From: Octopus sinensis | Lineage: Eukaryota | Reading direction: 5' to 3' | NCBI RefSeq assembly: GCF_006345805.1 | Contig: NC_042997.1 | Span: 146,940,001 to 147,004,000, forward strand | Length of the DNA stretch: 64,000 bases | Shown: piece after piece, positions 23,401-33,665 of the stretch | How positions within the stretch are numbered: the stretch's first letter is position 1 | How the letters are laid out: every line of letters begins with the position of its first letter | The notes under the pieces: generated by a model | Told to the model about the DNA's origin: nothing | The model's database searches: none | The model's input: only the letters and a program-made list of their open reading frames with translations | Program-made: the position numbers and the translations under genes

Positions 23401-26400
23401 AGAGGTTTGTTTCTCCTGCGAAAGTCCTGAGGAACTTGGCTTTGGTTCCTCTTCCCCTTCTTCTTTCTCTTCTTTGTCTTTTTTCTCCTCCTCCTCATCA
23501 CTAGTGTCGCTATCTATGTCGTCATTTCCTTCAATCTCAAGGCCATCAATTTCTCTACAAGAAAATTTTGTTTCACTTATTTAAGGAACCAACTCTCATC
23601 AAGCAAATCTATAACCCAAGACATCCCACCTCTGACCACCACATCTTTTTTCGAGTATCTAGAACAACATTAACTAATGTATTCTAACATTTTTCAATCA
23701 AAAAATGACAGAAAATTATTTGAAAGGGGTGGTCATGTCATTAAAATACATATATATTTTATAAAGTTTGAAATATCAATTACGTTTTCTGTGTTTATTA
23801 TTACTATGCTTTATTGTTTACTTGTTTCAGTCATTAGACTGCGGCCATGCTGGGGCACCGCCTTGAAACTCTAGCCTGATTTGGCATGGTTTCTACGATT
23901 GGATTCTCTTCCTAACGCCAACCATTTTACAGAGTGTGCTGGGTGCTTTTAGGTGGCGCCACATGGGTGCCTCAATGTAGCACTGCATGGGCACTTTTAC
24001 GTGGCACTGCAGAGACATATTTATGTGACACCACATGGGTGCTTTCACATGTCATAGTTGGAAAAACAAATATATGTAACTAATCAAGTTATTATATTAC
24101 AAAAACAAAACACTACTTACTCTCTTGTTTCTCTAATAATTCTTCGTAGTTCCTCTTTTTCAAGCTCAACCTAACAAAAGAAAACAGAAGTGAATTTCAG
24201 AAACACTATAAGAATAATTGATAAATATATATTTCTTCCAAGTCATAGCATAATTAATAAATCCAGCAAATTGCCAAACCTTTTGTGATCAGACACATTT
24301 GCCAACAGGTGATTAGGGGTTTTCATTTTAACCCTTGCTACGATATTCTTGTTAACCCTTTAGTGTTCACATTATTCTGCCAAAACTGAATTTTCATCTA
24401 CATTGTTTTGAACTAATCATGCATTAACTTGTAGTTATGAGATTTTGATGAGGTATCTGTTAATTTTTAAGATGATATTGTAAAGTTGGTGTGAGAGATC
24501 AGATCTGGCCAGTTTGAACATAAAACAAGCAGAATACTTTTGGCCAGATATGGCCGGTTTAAATGCTAAAGGGTTAAAATGCACTGTTTTTGTTTCAATT
24601 AATTTCGAAGATGCCATTATATGTGCAGGCATGGCTGTGTGGTAAAAAACTTGCTTCTCAACCACATGGTTTTATGTTCTTCTACAACAGCCCCAGCTGA
24701 CACTAAAGCTTTGTGAGTGGATTTGATAGATGGAAAATGAAAGAAGCCTGTCATATGTATATGTGGTTTTGTGTATGTATGTCTGAACCACTTGACAACT
24801 GATGCTGGTTTATGTACATTGAACTGCAAAAGAAACACGATTTTTTCAAATGTCATTTTTATATCTCTTTTACTTGTTTCAGTCATTTGACTGTGGCCAT
24901 GCTGGAGCACTGCCTTTTAGTCGAGCAAATCGACCCCAGGACTTATTCTTTGTAAGCCTAGTACTTACACTACCAGTCTCTTTCGCCGAACTGCTAAGTT
25001 ACGGGGATGTAAACACACCAGCATCGGTTGTCAAGCAATGGCGGTGAAGGTGGGGGGAAACACAGACACAAACATATATATATATATACAATGGGCTTCT
25101 TTCAGTTTCCATCTACCAAATACACTCACAAGGCTTTGGTCGGCCTGAGGCTATAGTAGAAGACACTTGCCCAAGGAGTCACACAGTGGGACTGAACCTG
25201 GAACCATGTGGTTAGTAAGCAAGCTACTTACCACACAGCCACCCCTACGGTAAATTCTCTCTTTACTCTTTTACTTGTTTCAGTCATTTGACTGCGGCCA
25301 TGCTGGAGCACCGCCTTTAATCGAGGAACACGGCCCCAGGACTTATTCTATCGGACTCTTTTGCCGAACCGCTAAGTAACGGGGACATAAACACACCAGC
25401 ATCGGTTGTCAAGCAATGCTAGGGGGACAAACACAAACACACACATATATATACATATATACGACAGGCTTCTTTCAGTTTCCGTCTACCAAATCCACTC
25501 ACAAGGCTTTGGTTGGCCCGAGGCTATAGTAGAAGACACTTGCCCCGGGTGCCACGCAGTGAGACTGAACCCGGAACCATGTGGTTGGTAAACAAGCTAC
25601 TTACCACACAGCCACTCCTGCGCCTATTCTGAAAATTTATTTCATGGATGTAAGTGTAAATATTCCAAGACATGCTGGTTTATGGCTGAAACCAAAATTG
25701 CAGATAACCTTTCAGCTTACCTTGAAACAAGATGCCAAAATGCAGCTGCGTTGAATGCCATGGGTGGCAGTCGCAAACAACTGTCGTGGAAACCGAAATG
25801 CATGTGCATCTCATGGAGGTTATGGGTATAAAAATCAACTTGAACCGTGTTCCTGGCATTCGTAATTTGAATGGATCAGGTATGACCTGATTGATAGCAG
25901 CACAGAAAAGAAGCTATCGGCTGATTGCAAGCAGGGCAGCATGCCCTGGTTGTTGCAAAAGCTTACAATGTCCATGTCAGCACCATCTATTGCCTGCAAC
26001 ACCAATAGTACCGCTGACAGTACTCACAGAGGGTGCTCTTCCCAGGTGCCCATGCCCAGGCAGGACCTCTTCATCTACCTACAACACCTCTGTGATCGCT
26101 CAGACTGGCCAGCGTGACAGCTCATGAGACCATTGTCACTGGACAGCGACCCATCAGCGATGACACGGTATGACACTGACTGGCTCTCAGCCCAGATTTG
26201 AACCCAATTGTACACCTGTGGAATGATATCCAAAGATGGCTGAACCGGGTGGTCCCAAGGGTGACAACTCGTATAGAACTGGAAGCAGATTTCCTCAGGG
26301 TGTCAATGGCTTTTGTGAATCACCTCATGCACTCCTTCTACCATGTATGGCCGTTTTGAAATATCAGGGGAAGTTTACATGGTATCAAACATGTCATGCC

Positions 26401-29245
26401 CTACAATCTCGATGTGTTGGATCCACTCACTACCAGAACACATAACAACGACCCATAAACTGTGGTCAAAGTGCAACCAAGAAATTGATGTTATCAGATT
26501 TATCAAAATTTATCTTTGACATAATGAAATTAAAACATATTTCATAGTCACACACGTCTCACGTTTCTTTTGCGGTTCAATGTATGTCCCCATAACCTAC
26601 CGGTTCATCAAGAGACTGATAGAATAAGTTCCTGATTAAGTACTGGGGTTGATTTGTTCAACTAAAAACCCTTCAAAGCAATGCCTCAGCATGGCCACAG
26701 TGCAATAACTGAAACGAATGAAAGGTAAAAGCTGGTGTTAGGAACATAAAGTAATGTGAAAATCTGAAGGATGGTCTTCATTTACAACATTAACTTTAAA
26801 ACCGTAAATTAAGGTCATAGAACCAGGAGCAGTCTCAGGCAGGTTTGTGTCAAAAGATTTAAAAAGCAAATGGCCATTCAGTGTACAAAGTGTTTTAGCT
26901 GAACTGGAAAGAGTAGGCATCTGATTTTGACCATTAGTGACCAGAGATTCAGTGGTGTAGCTAATAGGGGTGTGACTGCTTTCCCTGAGCACATTTTACA
27001 AACTTGGCACCTTTTATAAAATGTATAATTAATGAGTTAAAAAGTGTTTGGTATGTGTCACAGTGCCTTCTTTTTATGTGCTCACTTTAGAACCTGGTTA
27101 TGCCCCTGTAGAGATTCCCAAAATTTGTTTCATGGCATCCAATGTACCATTATTACACCATTTCCACCCCCACCCTCTTTATCCTCACCAAATTCCATGG
27201 TACCCAATCTCTATCACCAAAGTAGTGAATGTAAGAGAGATTTTATGTTTATGAATAACAGATATCTATTATCACAAAATAAATTTCATTATTTTACAGC
27301 AGTGGAGTCATGGTAAATTCAAAGAAAAAGACTGGAGTGAGAGAATCACATCTGTGATGCAGATGGCTGAAAATATGATCTTGAATCTAATTGATCTTTG
27401 TATATAAGGTGTCTACTTGTTGGAATTGTCTTTGAATTTTGTTGACCATATATATATAACATCACAAACAGCTTACAGTATCCCATTCAAGGTATTGGTC
27501 ACAAGAACTTCACAGTGAATGAATGAAGCAGTGAGTTGTAACTGTATGTGTGTTCATGCTTCTTGCCAATGTTACAAAATGCTTAAGAACACAAATCATA
27601 CTTGGAGTACAATCAGTGCTCATTTTAAGACAGTTATCCAAAGATATTTCATGGGGTGTGAAGTACAAGTTTACAGTTTAAAATATCTTTACTGAGGGCA
27701 ATTATTTTCAGGACCTAACGCAATGTGTTAGATCTTGCTAAAACCTAACACATTCCAATTATTAACATTCCCAATTGTGTTCATCATTTTAAATTAAGTT
27801 CCTTAAATCTCTCACAGATATTTTCTTCTATACCTTTGAGAAAAAAGGGACAATTTGGCCTCAGCCAGTTTGGTTCAGGGACACTTCTGCTTCATAGCAG
27901 ATAGTTATAGAATTCAGTTGTAATAATTCTGTATTCCGGTGAGAGAACTGTGAAATCAGGGAAGACAACTCTAGTGTTGTTGGTACGATAGCACAGTCTA
28001 GTAAGCCGGTTTCTGTTGTCTAACCTCACGTAATCCTGAATAAGCAGACCTAGGATCAAAGGCGCTCTTACCATGACTACCATATCATATTGCTTGTCAT
28101 AGACAATGTTCGATGTGTTGTACTTCCTTAGTTAAGACGGTAGGGTATGGTTTCTAACATGGTCGTTCAACCATTTAAGCCCCCTCATTGGCCCAAGCTG
28201 ATGCAGCTTATCTTTCAAATTATCGCCGTGAATACAGAATGAAATACAAAGTGAAACTAGAATAACAAACTACAATTCAAACACAAATGATATTAAAATC
28301 TTAAGAAACAATGCTTCAAATATGTATGACTAATAATATTTAAGTATAAAACATATAATTAACAAGGATAGTATGGTTCGATTCAATATAGCTGTTACTT
28401 CTTCAGATTGCTTATATATATATAAAACGACACAGGAAATCCTGTAACACCCCAAAATCTGGTGGAGTCACAACTACACTGGATCAAATAATACCACCCT
28501 TGTTAATATATCTATATTTTTCATACTTAAAAAAACAATGTTGAATGCACGTATTTGCAGTTTTATTGTTTGCTTCTTTACAAAACTGAATGTTACCAAA
28601 AGTTTTTAGTCGTAATATGAAAGATCACCGTTGAGCTAGGTGTACTTTAGAAAAAAATAAGGAAACAAAGCTTTAATTTCCTGCGAAAGGTGTATACGCA
28701 AGGCTGATCATAATTACAAGCTTTTGAACATGCCTCTAGAAGGTTCGCATCGTATCACTGTCAGGACGTTTGTCTCGACGAGTTTAAGAAAATGGTGGGG
28801 ACGCAGACAAACATACATATATTCACAATTATTTTTTTAATGCCTAACACTCTATTACATAGAGTTTCGCACCCCTGTTCAGACTGGAGACCATCCCGGG
28901 GACGGCATCTTCATACAGTTACTTCCTCCAGCGGTCCTGAGCGGAGTTGATAGTACCACGGAACGTATGGTTCTTTTAGCTCACATCGTAGCACTCTAAC
29001 TCTTGTTCTCTCTCTCATATATACATAAGTGTATATATATAAACTTATATACTTACACAACTTCTATCGGCAAGATAGTAGAGGGGAAAAGTTTTTTTGT
29101 GTAGGAGTGGAAAGTAACTTACGTTCATTAATTTTAAAGGATGAATAAAAAGTAGAAACAAGAGGATTACAACTATACTCACTTTATCAGGGATGCGTTT
29201 AGCAACACCTCTCTTCACCCAAGCAAGGCACGGAACGACACTCAT
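2387..29245 (-). CDS. PWP1: PWP1 gene span (14 coding exons found; terminal exon not found). Periodic tryptophan protein 1 homolog, WD40 repeat
   Basis: The spliced translation reads [33 protein letters not shown]...acidic tract...[24 protein letters not shown]...[22 protein letters not shown]...[31 protein letters not shown]...[12 protein letters not shown]...[17 protein letters not shown]...VQCVKWHP...[12 protein letters not shown]...KVWDIR. This matches my recollection of PWP1 ([51 protein letters not shown]). All introns are GT-AG and phases are consistent. Confidence 0.96.
2792..3183 (+). mobile_element. Non-autonomous Helitron
   Basis: 5' TC(TCTATATATAAA), 3' hairpin cccgagcaacgccagacg then CTAG, inserted between A and T; near-identical copy at 39718-40105 (-). 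Confidence 0.85.
3766..3887 (-). CDS. PWP1: PWP1 exon 13 ([41 protein letters not shown])
   Basis: T15 tract then ctgttatatccag| acceptor; |gtaagt donor; 122 nt. Confidence 0.95.
3945..5562. repeat. Inverted duplication of about 210 bp (arms 3945-4154 and 5350-5562)
   Basis: By eye the arms are over 90% identical as reverse complements, including sequence beyond the TTAA of the piggyBac-like MITE they contain. Confidence 0.88.
4200..4562 (+). mobile_element. Family C repeat: RTE-type LINE 3' tail with internal ctgtgccggtggcacgtaaaaagcacc repeats and (GAT)n end
   Basis: Other copies at about 6830-7110(-), 7700-8100(+), 8730-8940(-), 9470-9735(+), 11000-11270(+), 12010-12660(-), 17765-17945(-), 18880-19050(-), 20810-21030(+), 23870-24055(-). 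The 7.7-kb copy retains an ORF2-like end ([11 protein letters not shown]...VRKKTPQAK). Confidence 0.7.
5626..6020 (+). mobile_element. Family A tRNA-headed SINE (ggtgtaggagtggctgtg...central (TA/TG)n...gactgaaacaagtaaaa tail)
   Basis: Other copies at about 13735-14340(-), 24623-26730(+, split), 24864-25248(-), 25256-25624(-), 32925-33230(-), 34185-34500(-), 35935-36290(-), 45335-45600(-), 54778-55215(+), 55550-55918(-). The head has A/B-box-like ggttccgggttcagtccc. Confidence 0.85.
6317..6407 (-). CDS. PWP1: PWP1 exon 12 ([30 protein letters not shown])
   Basis: ctgttctatag| acceptor and |gtaagt donor; 91 nt. Confidence 0.95.
8185..8299 (-). CDS. PWP1: PWP1 exon 11 ([38 protein letters not shown])
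   Basis: tatcttcaacag| acceptor and |gtaagt donor; 115 nt. Confidence 0.95.
8974..9299 (-). mobile_element. Family D tRNA-headed SINE with CORE-like segment
   Basis: Head ggcgcatggctcagtggttagagcg...gaatcccggaccggg followed by ttgagcaagacactt...ctccagttcagtcagctgtagaaatg. Confidence 0.75.
9767..9828 (-). CDS. PWP1: PWP1 exon 10 ([21 protein letters not shown])
   Basis: tctttattatag| acceptor and |gtaagc donor; 62 nt. Confidence 0.94.
11710..11806 (-). CDS. PWP1: PWP1 exon 9 ([32 protein letters not shown])
   Basis: tttatttttccag| acceptor and |gtagga donor; 97 nt. Confidence 0.95.
12125..12536 (-). mobile_element. Family B SINE dimer inserted into a family C repeat, with 19-bp TSD
   Basis: TSD ctgtcgtgacatggtttct (12106-12124) / ctgttgtgacatggtttct (12537-12555); internal junction aaagaaata|ggtatttc at 12310/12309. 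Confidence 0.85.
12838..13150 (-). mobile_element. Family F SINE (tRNA head plus CORE-like segment)
   Basis: gttccagttgatccaatcaatagaacagcctgctc...; second copy at about 48880-49160(-). Confidence 0.7.
13556..14396. mobile_element. hAT-type MITE with 8-bp TSD CTCTACAT, interrupted by a family A SINE
   Basis: Ends cagtggctctcaac / gttcgagaaccattg; perfect CTCTACAT at 13548-13555 and 14397-14404. A central TA in the 8-bp TSD is typical of Buster-type hATs. Confidence 0.85.
14634..14695 (-). CDS. PWP1: PWP1 exon 8 ([21 protein letters not shown])
   Basis: tatatttccag| acceptor and |gtctgt donor; 62 nt. Confidence 0.94.
14829..15285 (+). mobile_element. RTE-clade LINE 3' fragment (RT C-terminus), GC-rich, ending in (AAGT)n
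   Basis: Translates [26 protein letters not shown]...[23 protein letters not shown]...[20 protein letters not shown]. Confidence 0.88.
15857..15978 (-). CDS. PWP1: PWP1 exon 7 ([41 protein letters not shown])
   Basis: ttctgttgtcag| acceptor and |gtatgt donor; 122 nt. Confidence 0.96.
16299..16695. mobile_element. Long-TIR MITE / hairpin flanked by TA
   Basis: About 140-170-bp arms (gagattaataaagaagatggagtgtacc...gaagactcttcaggtgtataa and reverse complement); TA at 16297-16298 and 16696-16697, suggesting Tc1/mariner type. Confidence 0.85.
17219..17323 (-). CDS. PWP1: PWP1 exon 6 ([35 protein letters not shown])
   Basis: tttctttccag| acceptor and |gttagt donor; 105 nt. Confidence 0.95.
17358..17729 (-). 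mobile_element. Non-autonomous Helitron (same termini as 2792-3183, different interior)
   Basis: 5' TCTATATATATAAAAG; 3' cccgagcaacgccgggcgatactgCTAG; A|T insertion site. Confidence 0.85.
17948..18175 (+). mobile_element. Family B SINE monomer (gagctggcagaaac...gtcgactttgcc...aaagaaata)
   Basis: More than 25 full or partial copies in the window, densest at 42.1-44.6 kb, 49.7-51.1 kb and 60.9-62.5 kb. Confidence 0.85.
19137..19233 (-). CDS. PWP1: PWP1 exon 5 ([32 protein letters not shown])
   Basis: tttttctttttaag| acceptor and |gtaatt donor; 97 nt. Confidence 0.93.
20293..20543. repeat. 250-bp hairpin (about 118-bp arms, 15-nt loop)
   Basis: tgttgtgtcgacatccccagatgatgaagtaggctagccc...ataacagtgg / ccactgttat...gggctagcctacttcatcatctgggggcatcgacacaaca. 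Confidence 0.9.
21062..21144 (-). CDS. PWP1: PWP1 exon 4 ([28 protein letters not shown])
   Basis: ttttctgatag| acceptor and |gttagt donor; 83 nt. Confidence 0.9.
22891..23123 (-). mobile_element. Young family B SINE inserted antisense into an older family B copy, with 10-bp TSD
   Basis: aataaatacc (22881-22890) / aatagatacc (23124-23133); the host copy continues on both sides. Confidence 0.8.
23307..23554 (-). CDS. PWP1: PWP1 exon 3 (acidic region EIDGLEIE...[10 protein letters not shown])
   Basis: ttcttgtag| acceptor and |gtcaga donor; 248 nt open in phase. Confidence 0.92.
24121..24170 (-). CDS. PWP1: PWP1 exon 2 ([17 protein letters not shown])
   Basis: cttttgttag| acceptor and |gtaagt donor; 50 nt. 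Confidence 0.92.
24356..24573. mobile_element. piggyBac-like MITE (TTAA TSD, CCCTTTAG termini)
   Basis: ttaa|ccctttag...ctaaaggg|ttaa; related partial copies at about 893-1040, 3990-4098, 5380-5520 and 22500-22700. Confidence 0.75.
24817..26582 (+). mobile_element. Internally deleted Tc1-like transposon with TA TSD
   Basis: TIRs cattgaactgcaaaagaaac / gtttcttttgcggttcaatg. Decayed transposase: HTH-like [14 protein letters not shown]...[13 protein letters not shown] and C-terminal [20 protein letters not shown]...[14 protein letters not shown]. Confidence 0.88.
27310..27680 (+). mobile_element. Possible decayed CR1-like LINE 3' relic
   Basis: Weak similarity to SERL..RRL.YDL..YKI-type motifs; a comparable weak relic lies at 19540-20060(-). 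Confidence 0.25.
29183..29245 (-). CDS. PWP1: PWP1 coding exon 1 ([21 protein letters not shown])
   Basis: ATG at 29245-29243; donor AAA|GTGAGT; 63 nt, phase 0. Confidence 0.93.
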
Positions 29246-29970
29246 GGTAGAAACGCAATATTTTTCAGTGTTGACGATCTACCACGTGTAGTTAGGAGCA
29301 GGATGAAAGGTAAAGACAGCAATACGCATGCGTTGAAGAATCCTTAGAGTTACTTCCCTTGGTATATGGTCACGAGAGGTGAGAAGTACTTTGTGTCGTC
29401 ACACTTCTGAGTTCGATTCTTCCCCGAGTGATTTTGGCATTTCTTCCGCATAAGTAGATAAAACAAGTACTTAATGTTAACGAACAAGAACCATATGGAT
29501 TGAACTAACGAGGGAATCTCTACGAAATCATTTGGCCTTTTATAACCAGCCACTAAAATTTCCATATCTAGTAGTCTTCCCTTAAAAAAAAAACAAAACA
29601 CTATTCTGTAATATAATCAGTTTCCTTTGTCGTAGATTGTCTTTTGGGAATCTGAAATCAGCTGCCTCTTCATCGTGAACTTAAACTCATAAGACGAATT
29701 GCAGAAATATAAACCAACGACCTGTGTTTGATTGGCGTTTTATTTAACAACCCTAAAAGTATGAAATGCAAAGTCAACTTCGGTGGGATTTGAACTTAAG
29801 GCGTTGAGATGTAGAATAATTACCATAAGGCACACTATTATATGAGCTCGCAATTACACTGATTAATCATTTGTATGACACACACACAAAAAAAAAAAAC
29901 AGGAAAGAAAAAGTAGCGACAACTTAAATTCAGGGGAAGCTACTCTATAACGAGTTACATCCCTTGAAAA
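29246..29970 (-). promoter_or_regulatory. Putative PWP1 5' UTR / promoter region
   Basis: Immediately upstream of the ATG; more CpG than the flanks; clustered AGTTAC(T/A)TCCCTT-like motifs. The TSS cannot be determined from sequence. Confidence 0.5.
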
Positions 29971-30408
29971 TATTTAGACTCCTTGATAAGCAACTGGTTA
30001 ATCTAATTACTGTTAGCTCTTGTGATTAAACGACCGACAGCATTCTGCCGCCGATGTTGAATATGATTTTCCAGAAATATCTGAAAATACTTCTAGCCCC
30101 TGCTCTAACCTCCAGTTCAAGTGTATCTTTACAAATGCGTTAAAATCTGATTGATCTTTGCCTCTCTATCTGCAAACAACTTTGTATGTATATACCAGAC
30201 TAGTACCTCCTTTTATCTTGCAAACTGGTTGTTATTGCTTAACTCTGCGCCAATACTAATACAATTTGTCCAAAAGCATTCCAACCATGACCAACACGTC
30301 CTTTTTCCATGCTGGTATACTTAGGATAACATTATATAATAGTTCCGTGTGGTATAAGAGGAATTTGGTTAGTTTTTCTAGCAGATTAGAGTAACGGAGT
30401 AGATGCTG

Positions 30409-30495
30409 TATGTATGTATGTATGTATGTGTGTATGTATGTATGTATGTATGTATGTATGTATGTATGTATGTATGTATGTATGTATGTATGTAT
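30409..30495. repeat. (TATG)n microsatellite
   Basis: Direct reading. Confidence 0.95.
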
Positions 30496-31771
30496 GCGTA
30501 TATAAGAGAATGAGAGAGGGAGAAAGAGAATAAGAGTTCTTGGTGGAGGTGGGGGGATACCGAAATATGGTCACTATAATTATGACAAAAAACAACCCCC
30601 CCGCCAAAAAAAACAAAACAAAGAACAACCAAATAGACAACAAAACATAACAAAACCGTATTGAGGTATTGCCCCAGTATTGTGGCTGAAATCAGGAAAT
30701 AAGAGAAAGAGTGAGTTACTTTCTGCAGGAAGCAGGAGTGTTTTGAGACGATGAAGTTGAGGCGATTGGAAGGATCTTGTCAAAAGATTTCATAAGGGAC
30801 CTCTCTGGAAGTAGAGATAAAGGTTACCAGGTTGATATAATCAATATGGTGTCGGGCATTAATTTCTTATCGTATTTATTTACTCCTCTTTATGATTTGA
30901 GTTATTTTTCTTTGAAGGTTTAACTTTGTAACTTTGTCTTTTCTCCTTCTGGATCAATAAAAAAAAGGACTAAATCAGGTATTGAGTTGCTCAGTTTGAT
31001 CGATTCTAGCTACCTTTCGAACCCAAATTATATTTCGTTCAACCATCATCGATGAATAGCTGGATGAAAGCCTCGACATCCCATTAATGGCTTCTCTATC
31101 ATGGTTGTAGTGAAGGTACGTGGCTTAGTAGTTAAAGTGTTCGGGTTATGATCGAAGGTCGTGGATTCAATTCTCGGACCAGGCAGTGCGTGTTGTTCTT
31201 GAAGAAGGCCCTTAATTTTGCGTTGTTCTTATGTGCTCAACCTCCAAACGAGCACCAGTCATTTACAAGCGCAATCCTCTCTTATTTCAGTGGTCACATC
31301 CTGGATGTTTCACCGTATGAAGAGAGAGTTAAGAGGGTATCTAGCTCTACCCGTGACTACACAGACACCTAAAACAACTAGCGAAAGCATGGTACATGTT
31401 ATCAAACCACGCTCTTTTGCGATTGATGGCCAGCTGTACAGTAATTTATGCTGGTTGTAGTCCTACCTGTCCACACTGGTCGATTTTGTGTGGAATGAGA
31501 TACCCCTGTGACTGACCTGGGCAATGGTATCTCGTCGGAATTTGAACCCAGAACTCCGATGACATTTATTCCAACGTTCTCACTATTCCACCAATTCGTT
31601 GCTTCCTGGATTGCAATTACATTTCTCGGTCCCAAAAGCATGCAAAGCAATGTTGATCTCGGCATGATGTGAACTTAAAGCGAAGAGATCCAACATATAT
31701 ACTGCAAGAAATTCTACCCACTGTTCAAACAACCCTGCTAATTTATTATGTGATTACGACAGAAGTTCTTA

Positions 31772-31791
31772 TCTCTCTATATATAAAATTC

Positions 31792-31836
<45 letters not shown>

Positions 31837-32723
31837 TTCCTATGCATTCTCAAACGGCTCCACCAAATCAAATCAAATTTTACAAGGTGATACTATTACA
31901 TTCCACGAGTGTCAACTAGTGATTTTTATTTCCGTTTGGATTAAAACAACATAACATTTTCTTGAAAATAATCTTTCTATAGTCAACTGACATTTTATAC
32001 CACGACGACAATGACGACACATTTTGTACATGTGTGTGTATGTGCTTGCATGTTCGTTACGTATGAGATAGTAAAGGATATTTCTACGACGACGACGACA
32101 TTTTGTATACGAGTGTGTATGTGTCTATCAGTGTGTGTGTGTGTGTTTGTGCGTTCGTTACGTACGACATAGTAAAGAACATTTTATGCCGCTGCCGCCG
32201 CCGCCGCCACCACCACCACCACCATCTCACCTGTGTAATGGAACTCGCTTAATTGTTACTTCCATAAAGCCCCATGTCCTACAGGCAACTATCATAAAAT
32301 CAGAAAATGTCTTTATTCCAGAATTTCGTTTCATACCATTTGAATTTAAGAGGCTTCAGTTTCCAGTCAAACTAAATTTTGGTATTTCAATTAATAAATC
32401 TCAGGGTCAGTCCCTCAAGGTAGTAAGACTTCATCTCTCTACTACATGCTTTTCCCACGGCCAACTCTATGTTGGTTGCTCACAAGTTGGAAGTAGCAAC
32501 AATTTATTCATTTGGACACCAACAAAAAATTACACAATGAATATTGTTTACCCTGAGGTGTTTCAAGACTGACAGATTTTCAATTCCAAATTCTATTATC
32601 ATTATAATTTGGTTATTTCAAAATAAAATATACATATTTGGAAATAATATATCGTTATTTTTATTGTTCATTAATCTGAATAAGAAGAGTATTAACCCGA
32701 GCAACGCCGGGTAATTCAGTCAG
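31772..32723 (+). mobile_element. Helitron derivative retaining the C-terminus of the PIF1-like helicase
   Basis: 5' TCTCTCTATATATAAAA plus (GTCT)n. ORF 32135-32572 reads HLCNGTRLIV...FKRLQFPVKLNFGISINKSQGQSLK...CFSHGQLYVGCSQV...NIVYPEVF. The 3' hairpin cccgagcaacgccggg is followed by a degenerate CTAG. Confidence 0.92.
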
Positions 32724-33329
32724 TTTACTCTAAAGATGCTAACGAATGCATTTATATTTTATTTCTTGTAGAGCAGTAAGTAGCTGAATAGATAGAGAGG
32801 TAGGAAAAAGGACAATGAAATAAATAGTGACGTCACACTTTATACTGTGAGTTCAAATCATGCCAGGATCAACTGTCTCTCTCTCAGTTTTCCGGATTCC
32901 TTACTTTTTATCTTTTTTTATTATTATTACTCGTTTCTGTCACTAGACAGCGGCCATGTTGAGGCAATGCCTCGAAGGGTTTAATCGAGCAAATCGATCC
33001 CAGTTCAAATTTTTTTGAAAGTCTGGCCCTTAGTCTATCGGTATCTTTTGTCGAGCCGCTATGTTACTTGGGCGTAAACAAACCGATAGTGGTTGTTAAG
33101 CAATGTGCGCGCGCACACACACACACATGTATATGCCACAGGCTTCTACGGAATTTCGTCAACCAAATTCCTTCACAAGGCTTTGGTCAACCCAGAGCTA
33201 TAATAGAAGACATCTGCCCTCGTGGTTTCATATTCAGTCACATTACGTGGTACCATAGGCAGGCGTCTTTTACTATAGCCCTGGGCCGACAAAAGCCATT
33301 ATCAGGTACGGCTGTGTGCTATTTGAAAC

Positions 33330-33665
33330 AACTATACTCCACATACGAATGTGCGGTCCTGTGGCAGAGTATGAAACCAGTTTTTCATCAGAGATGTGTC
33401 TGAAACAGATACGTGTTTGTCATATGAAATTCAAAAAGGTGCCCAAGGCTTGTTGTTGGAAAGTTAGTTGCCAGACGTCTGACCTTCAATGTATCCATGT
33501 CCAGCGAAGCAAGACGTTCAGAATATGATAGATGTCTGACGGCGGGTATTCATTTTGTTGCACGTTTCTGAACAGTTTCCAGGAGATTTATATGCTGAGC
33601 AAGATAGGGGTTCCAGATGTTGATTTTTTATAACCTGGTTAGCCGTATTCGATCAGGCTTATAAA
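33330..33665 (-). mobile_element. CR1/L2-like LINE ORF2 3' fragment
   Basis: IWNPYLAQHINLLETVQKRATK*IPAVRHLSYSERLASLDMDTLKVRRLAT at 33618-33466. Confidence 0.82.

Noticed and set aside
28870-28930. Minus-strand tgaagatgcc...gcgaaac resembling a hammerhead
   Set aside because: The core lacks CUGA and stems I and II do not pair convincingly.
2490-29182. Intronic snoRNAs in PWP1, plausible for a ribosome-biogenesis gene
   Set aside because: I found no convincing C/D box pair with a terminal stem and no H/ACA double hairpin by eye; a snoscan or Infernal run would be needed.
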